This document shows, piece by piece, positions 27,749 to 36,851 of a DNA stretch of 64,000 nucleotides. The number at the start of each line of letters is the position of its first letter. Position 1 is the first letter of the stretch. The stretch covers positions 9,711 to 73,710 of the forward strand of contig CAYMAN010000009.1 in assembly GCA_964388455.1 (NCBI GenBank). The letters are read 5' to 3'. The DNA is from an uncultured Eubacteriales bacterium (lineage in GTDB: Bacteria; Actinomycetota; Coriobacteriia; Anaerosomatales; JAAXUF01). The notes beneath the pieces were generated by a model that was not told the origin of the DNA, did no database searches, and saw only the letters and a program-made list of their open reading frames with translations. Made by a program: the position numbers and the translations under genes.

Positions 27749-28309
27749 ATGAAACCATTCGGTGCGGTATTCGCGGTCTTGCTGGCAACAGCTCTGATCA
27801 TCCCTGCGGTGGCGATCGCAGTCGAACCCATTGTCCTTGCTCCGCCCGCAAGCGGAGTGCTCACGGTTCCCGCTGGTGCCCCACTCGTCGTACCCGCAGG
27901 ATGGGTCGCAGGAAGTCGTGGCCTGGCGATGAGGGGACCGCAGGTCACTCAGTTCTTCCTCATAATCACCAAGCATGCCGAGGCGGGAGAAGAACCGCTG
28001 ATGCTCGAGGTGACCGCTGCGGACTCGTCAAAGTACTGGCTTCCCGGGGTGACGCCTGCGACATCCGAGCTCGTCGGTTTCGACCTGATGCCGTTCAATT
28101 CCATGATCGGGGCCAAGCCATACTCGAAGGAGTGGGCGTATCCGATTCCGGAGGGACTCCCAGCGGGCGAGTACACCTTTGAGTCCGGCTTCGTACAGAC
28201 ACGCCAGGCCATCGATCTATTGTGGTACTTCGACGGACAGCGCTCACCGCTCATATTTCCGGCCTCGCCTGCGCAGGACTTCCCTGCGTGGGACTTCCAC
28301 GTGAACTGA
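27749..28309 (+). CDS. Hypothetical secreted protein
   Basis: ATG 27749 follows GGAGGA. Signal peptide MKPFGAVFAVLLATALIIPAVAIA. No recognised domain. Confidence 0.55.
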   Translation: MKPFGAVFAVLLATALIIPAVAIAVEPIVLAPPASGVLTVPAGAPLVVPAGWVAGSRGLAMRGPQVTQFFLIITKHAEAGEEPLMLEVTAADSSKYWLPGVTPATSELVGFDLMPFNSMIGAKPYSKEWAYPIPEGLPAGEYTFESGFVQTRQAIDLLWYFDGQRSPLIFPASPAQDFPAWDFHVN

Positions 28310-28441
28310 GTCGGACCCCTACCCGAGCACACTCTCACGAGCGCGAGCCCTCCGCGCAGGCGACTGTCGGAGGGCTCCTTCACGCCACCCGGACTTACCG
28401 TGTCAGACCCCTGAGCTATGCTCTGTTCAGGAGGTGCAGAC

Positions 28442-29911
28442 ATGGCAAACCGCCTGTCCAAATCGAGGTTCCAGACTGGGCTCCAGTGCCCCAAGGCGCT
28501 GTGGCTCTCGACCCACGCTCGCGATCTTGCAGACCCCACGTCGGAGAATCAGCAGCACATCTTCGACACCGGCACGTCGGTGGGAGAACTCGCACGCGAG
28601 CGCTTCGCAGACGGAGTCCTGGTCGCCGAGGACTACATGCAGTCTGCGGCCGCGCTCGAGACCACGCGTCACCTGCTCGAGCATCCGCCCGGCGCGATCT
28701 TCGAGGCCGCACTCGAGCACGGAGGTGTCTTCGTACGCCCGGACGTGCTGGTACGCGTGGGTGATAACCTCTGGGATCTCTACGAGGTGAAGTCCACAAC
28801 GCGCGTCAAAGCGGTCCACATCACCGACATCGCCGTGCAGACGTGGGTACTCGAAGGCGCCGGTCTCCCCATTCGCCGCGCCTACCTCATGCACCTCGAC
28901 AACACCTATGTGTACCAGGGCGGCGAGTACGACCTCACGCGACTCTTCCGCGCATCCGACGTCACCGCAGACGCCCGCGCATACCTCCCACAGATCCCCA
29001 CCCTGGTCGCCGAGATGCTCGATATGCTCGACGTCGCCGAGCCGCCATCAGTGTCGATCGGCAAGCACTGCACCACCCCATACACATGCGCGTACTACGG
29101 CTCGTGCCACGCCTTCCTGCCCGAGAACCCCGTCACCGCGCTCCCCAAGATCAGCGAGTCGCTGCTGGATTCACTGGTCGCTGACGGCATCTTCGCCATC
29201 GAGGATGTGCCGCTCGACTACCCACGGCTCACCGCCGATCAGCGCGAGGTCTGCCAGCTGGTACAGTCGGGAGAAGCTCACATCGTGGGCGACATCAAGC
29301 GCTCGCTCGCGGGCCTCACCTATCCCATCCACTTCCTCGACTTCGAGACGTTCATGTCCGCGCTGCCGCTCTACCCCGGCACCCGTACCTGGCAGGCGAT
29401 CCCGTTCCAGTGGTCCGACCACATCCTGTACGATAACGGAGACCTCGAGCACCGCGAGTTTCTGCACGAGGGCACCAGCGACCCGCGCCTGGGCTTCACC
29501 ACCAGCCTGATTGACGCGCTGGGCGAGACCGGCAGCATCGTTGTCTACTCGGCGTACGAGAACACACAGCTCACGGCGCTGGCCAAGGAGTTCCCGCAGC
29601 ACGCCACGGCGATCGCCGCCGCGCAGTCGCGCCTCTTCGACCTGCTGCGGACGGTCCGCACCCATGTCCGTCACCCGGAGTGCCTGGGCAGCTCCAGCAT
29701 CAAGGTCGTGCTGCCCGCGCTGGTGAGCGACCTGTCCTACCAGGGCCTCGGCATCGCCGACGGAAACACGGCATCCAGGCGCTACCTCCGCACCGTCACA
29801 AACCAGCTTCCCGCCGAGGAGTGCGCGACCGTCTACGCCGATCTGCGCGAGTATTGCGGGACGGACACCATGGCGATGGTGCGGCTGTTGGAGGTGCTAC
29901 GGGAGGGGTAG
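28442..29911 (+). CDS. DUF2779-family protein (PD-(D/E)XK / Cas4-like nuclease fold with a 4-Cys cluster)
   Basis: ATG 28442 follows AGGAGG. N-terminus LSKSRFQTGLQCPKALWL. Nuclease core DLYEVKS. Cys pattern C(15)...C-x5-C-x5-C (CTTPYTCAYYGSC). Confidence 0.75.
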   Translation: MANRLSKSRFQTGLQCPKALWLSTHARDLADPTSENQQHIFDTGTSVGELARERFADGVLVAEDYMQSAAALETTRHLLEHPPGAIFEAALEHGGVFVRPDVLVRVGDNLWDLYEVKSTTRVKAVHITDIAVQTWVLEGAGLPIRRAYLMHLDNTYVYQGGEYDLTRLFRASDVTADARAYLPQIPTLVAEMLDMLDVAEPPSVSIGKHCTTPYTCAYYGSCHAFLPENPVTALPKISESLLDSLVADGIFAIEDVPLDYPRLTADQREVCQLVQSGEAHIVGDIKRSLAGLTYPIHFLDFETFMSALPLYPGTRTWQAIPFQWSDHILYDNGDLEHREFLHEGTSDPRLGFTTSLIDALGETGSIVVYSAYENTQLTALAKEFPQHATAIAAAQSRLFDLLRTVRTHVRHPECLGSSSIKVVLPALVSDLSYQGLGIADGNTASRRYLRTVTNQLPAEECATVYADLREYCGTDTMAMVRLLEVLREG

Positions 29912-29930
29912 CCGCCAACTGTGTCGAGTC

Positions 29931-30503
29931 TCAGCTGGTCCCCCGCGCCACAACTTCCCCCCACGTCCGCCCCTGCGCAATCGATTGCACCGTCGACGCG
30001 GAGACCCCATACTCCGCGGCCACCTTCCGCGCACTCTGCCCGGCTGCAAGCCGTTGCTTCATCTCCGCGACCTTCTTGGCGGTGAGCTTCTTGCCTCGCT
30101 GCTCCAGCGCGGCCAGTCTCGTCGGCAGCTTCGGGTCGAGCTCGGCCCAGGCTTTGCCGCTCTTGATCGCGCTGACCATGCTCGGGCTGATCGCGAACTC
30201 CTCGGCGATCGAATTGCCTGAGCGGCCTCCCTCGAGGGCTGCCATCACACGGCGTGCGGCGTCGGCGTTGAGGGCTGCTCCGGACGGCTCGACGGCTCGC
30301 ATCCGGGCTCGCAGCTCGTCGTCTATCGCGTCGGCCCAGCGCTTGCCGCTCTTGATCGCGCCGACTGTCTCGACGGAGACGCCGTAGCGCTCGGCGATCA
30401 CGGTGTGGCGTTCGGCGGCGGCGATGTCCTCGGCGATGGCGCGGGCCTTCTCGGCGGTGAGCTTGGCTCGCTTCTCGGCGGGATCGAGGCGGTCTGTTGG
30501 CAC
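29931..30503 (-). CDS. DNA-binding protein with three tandem HTH modules
   Basis: GTG 30503 lies 6 nt after GAGGAG. Three repeats: IAERYGVSVETVGAIKSGKRWA, IAEEFAISPSMVSAIKSGKAWA and VAAEYGVSASTVQSIAQGRTWG. Confidence 0.65.
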   Translation of the reverse strand: MPTDRLDPAEKRAKLTAEKARAIAEDIAAAERHTVIAERYGVSVETVGAIKSGKRWADAIDDELRARMRAVEPSGAALNADAARRVMAALEGGRSGNSIAEEFAISPSMVSAIKSGKAWAELDPKLPTRLAALEQRGKKLTAKKVAEMKQRLAAGQSARKVAAEYGVSASTVQSIAQGRTWGEVVARGTS

Positions 30504-30650
30504 GAGTATCTCCTCGCTGACGTCGCTGTGGCGTGAGGCACCACGCTCATAATCTCTGCTCACAAACCATACCGCGAACGGTCGAGAGCTGGCTCGGTAG
30601 TTGCGCTTAAGGGGTCGTCGGGACGGACCTCTCGGCGGAATGGCGGCGTC

Positions 30651-32237
30651 ATGAACCACAGAACTCGGAGAACCGCGTGCGCACGCAGCTGTCTGGTGGC
30701 GTTCTCGCTGCTGACCGGTCTACTGATTGCCGCATCTGCGATCCCCTCGGGGGCGTTCGCCGCACCATCGCCGCATGTGAGCGCCACCGCCAACACCACG
30801 AGTTGCAGCGCGTGTCATCGCGTACACAATGCTCCCGCGGACTCGATGTTTTTGGGTGCCGCTGACGCTTCCGGTTCGATCACGGCCTCGTGTCTGTCCT
30901 GCCACAACGGCAGCGATAGCGATGCCTCCAACATTGTCGACGGGTCCTCTGACTCCTTCGGCCAGCCCAGCGGACACACCCTCAGCGCCAATAGCGCGGG
31001 CACAGCGGATATCGATGGCTGCGCCACGTGTCACGATGCCCACGGCTCATCGTCCGAGACGCGCCGGATACCTGCGAAAGAGATCAACGGCGTCGCGATC
31101 TCATCGGCGGGTAACCAGTCGTGCCTCGCATGTCACGCGACGAACGCAGACTGGTTTGGGCCCGGCTATCCCGAGGCAGACGCCCCCACGCGCGACGCGG
31201 CCGGCTACCCGGTTGCCGGAACGTGGCCGGGCAAGGCCTCCTACGAGTCGACCTCCAACGCGCATCGGCTGATCCCGGAGTCGACGCGGACCGTCGGCGT
31301 CAGCGAACCGATTCGTCGCCAGCAGGGCGACTGCACCTACTGTCACGGCGCGCACGGTGGCGCGAACGACTACGACGGCCTCAAGGCCACCTACACCGTG
31401 CCGACACAGGCGACACTCGCCTCAGACACCGCCGACGGCTCGTACGCGGCGCTGTGCTTCACATGTCACGGTGGCGATAGGCCGGCTGGATTCGCCACCA
31501 CACCGGTCGACATCAAGAGCTTCGCCACGGCGGGCGGCGCCGGTGGTCACTCGGTCGTCACCTCCGGCGGCACGCTGCCGGTCGGCTCTCCGCTGCCGTG
31601 CTTCGAATGCCACAACCCACACGGCTCCACACGCCAGAACAGCTCGCTGCTCTCCGACGAGCGCGGCGCGTCACTCGCAACCACCAACGCCGCGGACGTC
31701 CGTGCGTTCTGCTTCACATGCCACACCACGAGCGACAGCGCATCGGGCTGGAACAGCGTCACGAGCACCTACACCGCAGTCCCCGCAGCCGAGGAAGTCG
31801 TCGGCCTCTCCCGCCAGGCCGGCGTGCTTCGCCTCCCGGCAGTCGCCGCCCATGAGCAGGCCGCGGCGGACTCGTGCTACACCTGCCACGGCAACAGCTA
31901 CGCGGCGGGCGGCTCCAACGTGCACAATCCCGGCGAGGCAACCGTCGCGAACTTTGGCAGCAACCTAGCCTCGACCACCGACGGCGCGATGGTTCCGTCG
32001 GCCACAGCCGATGCGACCGCCACCGTCGATACCAGCGCGTCAGTCGACGCGACGGTCAGCATCCCGACATCGCCGACAGTGCCGGCAACCGACACGCTTG
32101 TGCCGAGCTGGTCGGATCTGGGGACGCCGTTCCTGGAGAGCACGCCGACACCGCTGTCGGGGTCGCTGCTCGAGTCGCTGACATCATCGATGCCGTCGTC
32201 GGACTCTGCGACGGGCTCCTCGACACCGTTGCCGTAG
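30651..32237 (+). CDS. Secreted nonahaem cytochrome c (doubled-CXXCH type) with a Ser/Thr/Pro/Ala-rich C-terminal tail
   Basis: Signal peptide ending AFA-AP. Nine CXXCH motifs, several of the form CxxCHxxHG (CATCHDAHGS, CTYCHGAHGG, CFECHNPHGS). The last ~110 aa are low-complexity S/T/P/A/D. No TM helix or LPXTG motif is seen. Confidence 0.85.
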   Translation: MNHRTRRTACARSCLVAFSLLTGLLIAASAIPSGAFAAPSPHVSATANTTSCSACHRVHNAPADSMFLGAADASGSITASCLSCHNGSDSDASNIVDGSSDSFGQPSGHTLSANSAGTADIDGCATCHDAHGSSSETRRIPAKEINGVAISSAGNQSCLACHATNADWFGPGYPEADAPTRDAAGYPVAGTWPGKASYESTSNAHRLIPESTRTVGVSEPIRRQQGDCTYCHGAHGGANDYDGLKATYTVPTQATLASDTADGSYAALCFTCHGGDRPAGFATTPVDIKSFATAGGAGGHSVVTSGGTLPVGSPLPCFECHNPHGSTRQNSSLLSDERGASLATTNAADVRAFCFTCHTTSDSASGWNSVTSTYTAVPAAEEVVGLSRQAGVLRLPAVAAHEQAAADSCYTCHGNSYAAGGSNVHNPGEATVANFGSNLASTTDGAMVPSATADATATVDTSASVDATVSIPTSPTVPATDTLVPSWSDLGTPFLESTPTPLSGSLLESLTSSMPSSDSATGSSTPLP

Positions 32238-32470
32238 CGCCGCGCCCCAGCAAGACATGCGCTCGACGCGCTCGGCTGCGACTACGGGTACAAACCCCGC
32301 AGACGTCGCCGACCGAAGATGCGTCCCATGGTCCCCGCTCCCCCGCTCGGCATCAGCGTCGACATCACGGTTCATTCCCGTTGGGCCCGCCCGCACGACA
32401 ACTCGGACGCGCTCCTGGGCATAGACCGAAGCGTGGGTGCAGGCACACGACCACGAGAGATGGGCCGACG

Positions 32471-33454
32471 ATGCGACTGCTCTTCCTCGGTGGAAGCGGG
32501 ATGATCAGCACGGCGACCAGCCGGACGGCGATTGCTGCCGGCCACGAGGTCTATGTGCTCAACCGCGGGCTCACGGCTTCCGCCCTGCCCTTGTCCTGCA
32601 CGCTGACCGCAGACCTGCGCGACCCCGACGCCTCACGCGCCGCGCTCGATGGCATGCGATTCGACGCGGTCGTCGACTGGATCGCCTACACCGCGGGTGA
32701 CGTCGAACGCCATCTGGATCTGCTGCGCGGCCGAGTGGGGCAGCTCCTCTTCATCAGCTCCGCCTCGGTCTACGAGAAGCCGCCTGCGAACTACCTGATC
32801 ACGGAGTCGACGCCCGTCCGCAACCCGTTCTGGCAGTACGCGCGCGCCAAGATCGCCTGCGAGGAGCGCCTGATGCGCGCGTATCGCGACGAAGAATTCC
32901 CGGTAACGATCGTGCGCCCCTCGATGACGTACGACCACAATCTCCCCATCGCGCTTGGCGGCTGGGGCACCTACACGCTCGCCGACCGACTGCTGACCGG
33001 CCTCCCGGTCATCGTGCACGGCGACGGCTCGTCGCTGTGGGTTGTCACTCACGCCGACGACCTCGCACGCGGCATCCTCGGCCTACTCGGGAACGCGCGG
33101 GCGATTGGCGAGGCGTTCCACATCACGTCCGACGAGGTCCTGTCATGGGACCAGATCTATCGGATGACCGCCGAGGCGCTCGGCGTGGAAGCGGACATCG
33201 TGCACATCCCATCCGACTTCATCGCGGACGTCGCCCCGCAGATGGCGGGCAGCCTGCTCGGCGATAAGACGTGGAGCGTGGTGTTCGACAACAGCAAGAT
33301 CAGGGAGTTCGTGCCCGGCTTCGAGGCCCGGATTCCGCTGCGCGACGGCATCCGGCGGACGCTCGATTGGTTTGCGGCCGACGCGAGCCGGCGGACCGTG
33401 GACGCAGCGGTGAACACCGAGCTCGACCGGATTCTCTCGGCCTACGGACGCTAG
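32471..33454 (+). CDS. NAD-dependent epimerase/dehydratase (extended SDR) family protein
   Basis: ATG 32471. Glycine-rich FLGGSGMIS and the catalytic YARAK. The track ORF 31874..33454 carries a spurious 5' extension. Confidence 0.8.
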   Translation: MRLLFLGGSGMISTATSRTAIAAGHEVYVLNRGLTASALPLSCTLTADLRDPDASRAALDGMRFDAVVDWIAYTAGDVERHLDLLRGRVGQLLFISSASVYEKPPANYLITESTPVRNPFWQYARAKIACEERLMRAYRDEEFPVTIVRPSMTYDHNLPIALGGWGTYTLADRLLTGLPVIVHGDGSSLWVVTHADDLARGILGLLGNARAIGEAFHITSDEVLSWDQIYRMTAEALGVEADIVHIPSDFIADVAPQMAGSLLGDKTWSVVFDNSKIREFVPGFEARIPLRDGIRRTLDWFAADASRRTVDAAVNTELDRILSAYGR

Positions 33455-34671
33455 CGCGCCTGCTCGCCCTGGCGACGCATCCGCGTGACCGACTCGATGG
33501 TGACCGCGGTGATGAGCACCGCGCCGGTCACGATGAACTTCACCGAGGAGGAGAACGCGAGCAGGTTCATCCCGTTAGCAATCGAACCGATGACCACCGC
33601 GCCCAGCAGCGCAGACCAGATCGATCCGCGACCGCCGAAGAGGCTGGTGCCCGCGATGACAGGACCTGCGATGGCCATCAGCAGCAGGTCGCTGCTGCCG
33701 GTCGACTGGTTCACGGCCATGAGCCGCGACGCGGCAAGCACGCCACCGGCGGCTGCCATCGTCGACGCGAGAACGAACACCATGATGCGCACATGGTCGA
33801 TCTTGATGCCTGCTCGGCGAGCCGCCTCGGCGTTGCCTCCGACGGCGAAGATCCGTCGGCCGAAGCGCGTGCGCTCGGTGACGAAAGAGAATGCCAGCGC
33901 GAGGCCGAAGACGATGCACATGACCAGCGGCAACCCGCGGTCTTGGTTCACGATGACGACCACCGCGATGAACGACACGGCGACGATTCCCACTCGGAAG
34001 AGGAGCCCGTTCATCGAGCCCACCTTGAGCCCGGCTGCCTTGCGCTGCGCGCGTCCGAGAAGTGCCAAACCTGCTGCGAGCGCTGTCGCTGCCGCGGCGA
34101 TGGCCCAGCCGGCCCACGCCGGCAGAAACGTGTAGGTCAGACCGATCACCAGCGGATGGCTCAGGTTGATCGTCCCCGTCTGGCCGAGCACGTAGAGCTG
34201 CAGGCCGACCAACGTGAGCGAGCCTGCAAGCGTGACGACGAAGGAAGGAATCCGGAAGCGCGTGATCATGAAGCCGTTGAACAGACCGATGAGTGCGCCG
34301 AGCCCGAGTGCTGCGAGCACGCCCACGATGGGCGACATCCCGCGCTGCACGATCAGCACCGCCATGACCGAGGAGCAGAAGCCGCTCACCGCCCCCACCG
34401 ACAGGTCGATCTCGCCGAGGAGCAGCACAAGCACAACGCCGATCGAGATGGTCGCGACCGCCGCCTGCTGCAACATCAGGTTCGTGAGGTTTCCGGGGCT
34501 GAGGAAGCGGCCGTTCTGCGACTGGAAGAACGTCCAGATCGCGCCGACCATCAACAGCACCAACAGGGTGCCCGCCTCGCCCTGGGCGAGCTTGCGTCCG
34601 AGCTCCTTCACGATTCCCGCGGGACCGCGTGTCAGCATCGGGGTTTCAGGCTTCGATTGCATGCTGCTCAC
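33451..34671 (-). CDS. CUT2-family sugar ABC transporter permease (XylH-like)
   Basis: About 10 TM helices, with family-typical LSPGNLTNLMLQ and GEIDLSVGA. The start is uncertain: GTG 34671 or ATG 34662 (which follows AGGTGA). Confidence 0.85.
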   Translation of the reverse strand: MSSMQSKPETPMLTRGPAGIVKELGRKLAQGEAGTLLVLLMVGAIWTFFQSQNGRFLSPGNLTNLMLQQAAVATISIGVVLVLLLGEIDLSVGAVSGFCSSVMAVLIVQRGMSPIVGVLAALGLGALIGLFNGFMITRFRIPSFVVTLAGSLTLVGLQLYVLGQTGTINLSHPLVIGLTYTFLPAWAGWAIAAAATALAAGLALLGRAQRKAAGLKVGSMNGLLFRVGIVAVSFIAVVVIVNQDRGLPLVMCIVFGLALAFSFVTERTRFGRRIFAVGGNAEAARRAGIKIDHVRIMVFVLASTMAAAGGVLAASRLMAVNQSTGSSDLLLMAIAGPVIAGTSLFGGRGSIWSALLGAVVIGSIANGMNLLAFSSSVKFIVTGAVLITAVTIESVTRMRRQGEQAR

Positions 34672-35470
34672 CTGCCAGCCCTGCGCCGAGACCGAACTCG
34701 GCCCCGGTGATGGCCGAGACGACGTCTCCTCGGCTGACTCCGCGCACGTCGAACGACGCCGCCCGCTTGCCTAGACGCAGCACGACGATCCGGTCGGCGA
34801 CGGCGAACACGTTCTCAAGGTTGTGGCTGATGACCACGACCCCCAGACCACGCTCGCGCAGGGTGTGGATGAGCTGAAGCACCTGCTCGGTCTGCGACAC
34901 GCCGAGGGCGGCTGTAGGCTCGTCGAGCAGCACCACGCTCGGCTCTCCGAGCAACGAGCGAGCGATCGCCACAGCCTGGCGCTGGCCGCCGGAGAGCGAC
35001 CCGACCTGGACGCGCACGTCCTTGATCGTCGTCACCGCGAGAGAGTCGAGCAACTCCAGAGCGCTCTGCTCCATGGCGGTTTCGTCGAGGTAATAGGCCG
35101 CACGGGCGAGGCCCTTGCCAAACACCTCTCGACCGAGGTACAGGTTCTCGACGACGTCGAGGTTGTCGCATAGCGCCAGATCCTGGTAGACGGTCGCGAT
35201 ACCGAGAGCGGTCGCGTCTTGAGGGCTGTTGATCCTGACCACCACGTCGCGGAAGGTGAACTCGCCCTCGTCGCAGAGTTGGACGCCGGCGATGGCCTTG
35301 ATGAGCGTCGACTTTCCCGCCCCGTTGTCGCCGACAAGCGCGACCACCTCACCGGCGCCGACTTCGAAGTCGACACCGGTGAGTGCGTGGTTCGCGCCAA
35401 ATGACTTGCTGACGCCCCTCAGTGAAAGCAGGGGCGCCGTGGTGCTCATCGTGTCTGAAGCTGCGGTCAC
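34646..35470 (-). CDS. Sugar ABC transporter ATP-binding protein (single NBD)
   Basis: Walker A GDNGAGKST, signature LSGGQRQ, Walker B VVLLDEPTAAL. Start overlaps the binding-protein stop. Confidence 0.9.
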   Translation of the reverse strand: MTAASDTMSTTAPLLSLRGVSKSFGANHALTGVDFEVGAGEVVALVGDNGAGKSTLIKAIAGVQLCDEGEFTFRDVVVRINSPQDATALGIATVYQDLALCDNLDVVENLYLGREVFGKGLARAAYYLDETAMEQSALELLDSLAVTTIKDVRVQVGSLSGGQRQAVAIARSLLGEPSVVLLDEPTAALGVSQTEQVLQLIHTLRERGLGVVVISHNLENVFAVADRIVVLRLGKRAASFDVRGVSRGDVVSAITGAEFGLGAGLAGEQHAIEA

Positions 35471-36591
35471 TGAATTCCGAGCTTCGCCGCTGCGGCCTTC
35501 AGTTCAGGCGAGTTGGCGATGTCCTCTAGCTTCCAGAATCCATCTGCGATGATCGTATCCTTGATGTTGTCCTTGTTGACGGCGACCGGCGGAAGCAGAA
35601 TCGAGGGGATGTCTGCCGAGCCGTTGTTCACCTTGGAGAGCGTCATGTCGGTCGGCACAGGCTCGCCCTTGGCAAGTGCGACCGCGAGTCGTGCGGCTGC
35701 CTCGGCCTCGAGCTTGATGGCCTTGTACACCGTCATGAACTGCTCGCCGATGATGATGCGCTGAATCGCCGCGAGTTCCGCGTCCTGACCGGTGGTCGGC
35801 CTGGTCGACGGGTCGATACCGGCACCCTTCATGGCGGCGATAGCGCCACCACCGGTGCCGTCGTTAGCGGCAAGCACGCCGACGAATCCGTCCTTGCCGA
35901 GCTTCGTGATCGCCTGGTCCATCTGGTCCTGGGCCTTGTCCGGGCTCCAGTCAGGCGTGTCGTACTCGGCACCGATCTTCACCTTGCCATCGAGGACGCT
36001 GTGGGCGCCCTTCTTGAACAGCGTGGCGTTGTTGTCGGTCGGCGAGCCGTTGATGAAGACGACCGTCTTGCCGGCATTGCCGTCGGCGGTCAGCTTGTCG
36101 AGGAGCGCCTGGCCCTGAAGTGTGCCGACCTTCTCGTTGTCGAAAGAGACGTAGTAGTCGACAGGAGCGTTGAGGATCAGTCGGTCATAGCTGATGACCG
36201 GGATCTTCGCGGAGTTCGCCTTCGTCACGATCGAAGCGGCGGATGCCGAGTCGACCGGGTCGAGTACGAGGACCTGCGCGCCGTTTGTGATGGCCGCATC
36301 AGCCTGTGACTGCTGCAGCGCGGCGTCCTGGTTGGCATTGCTATAGAGAATCTCGGCGTCGGGAGCGAGTTCCTTGACCTTGGCCTCGAAGAGCGGCTTG
36401 TCCTGGGTCTCATAGCGAGCCGTCTTCGTCTCCGGGAGCAGCAGCGCAATCTTGATCGGCGTGGTGGTCGCGGTATCAGTGGTTCCACCCGTGTCCGAGG
36501 TCTTAGCCCCGCCACAACCGGAAAGCGCGACAACCGTGCCAACAATGAGCAGTGCCGCTACCGCCAGAATCAGTACCCTCTTCATGCGCAT
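35467..36591 (-). CDS. Sugar ABC transporter substrate-binding lipoprotein (XylF/periplasmic-binding-protein type I)
   Basis: Signal peptide plus lipobox LSGC. PBP type I fold features are present (IALLLPE..., VLVLDPVD, VISYDR). Confidence 0.85.
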   Translation of the reverse strand: MRMKRVLILAVAALLIVGTVVALSGCGGAKTSDTGGTTDTATTTPIKIALLLPETKTARYETQDKPLFEAKVKELAPDAEILYSNANQDAALQQSQADAAITNGAQVLVLDPVDSASAASIVTKANSAKIPVISYDRLILNAPVDYYVSFDNEKVGTLQGQALLDKLTADGNAGKTVVFINGSPTDNNATLFKKGAHSVLDGKVKIGAEYDTPDWSPDKAQDQMDQAITKLGKDGFVGVLAANDGTGGGAIAAMKGAGIDPSTRPTTGQDAELAAIQRIIIGEQFMTVYKAIKLEAEAAARLAVALAKGEPVPTDMTLSKVNNGSADIPSILLPPVAVNKDNIKDTIIADGFWKLEDIANSPELKAAAAKLGIQ

Positions 36592-36851
36592 GACCGCCTC
36601 CGTTCAGCTGTCCGGCCACGACCCGATCCGCGGGTCACGCTACCGGCGAATTGAAACAAGCAGGGCGAATGCAGCAGCGCTTGTGACGGACGAGCGGCCC
36701 TGCCAGGTTCACTAGGCTAGAACCTATCGGGACGATACCCATGTTGCCGATTGGCTATCGCTGCCATTCACTGGAGACAGCCGAAAATTGGACTGCGTGG
36801 TACGGTTTCTCTCGTAACCACACACTCGTGCGTATGAGAGAGGCGGCTCGC

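Noticed and set aside
31874-32470. 5' extension of the epimerase ORF (track ORF 31874..33454)
   Set aside because: It overlaps the 3' end of the nonahaem cytochrome gene. The SDR glycine-rich motif begins right after ATG 32471.
33271-34710. 479-aa ORF on the plus strand
   Set aside because: It is antisense to the sugar ABC permease and has an extremely Arg/Asp/His/Glu-rich, non-protein-like composition.
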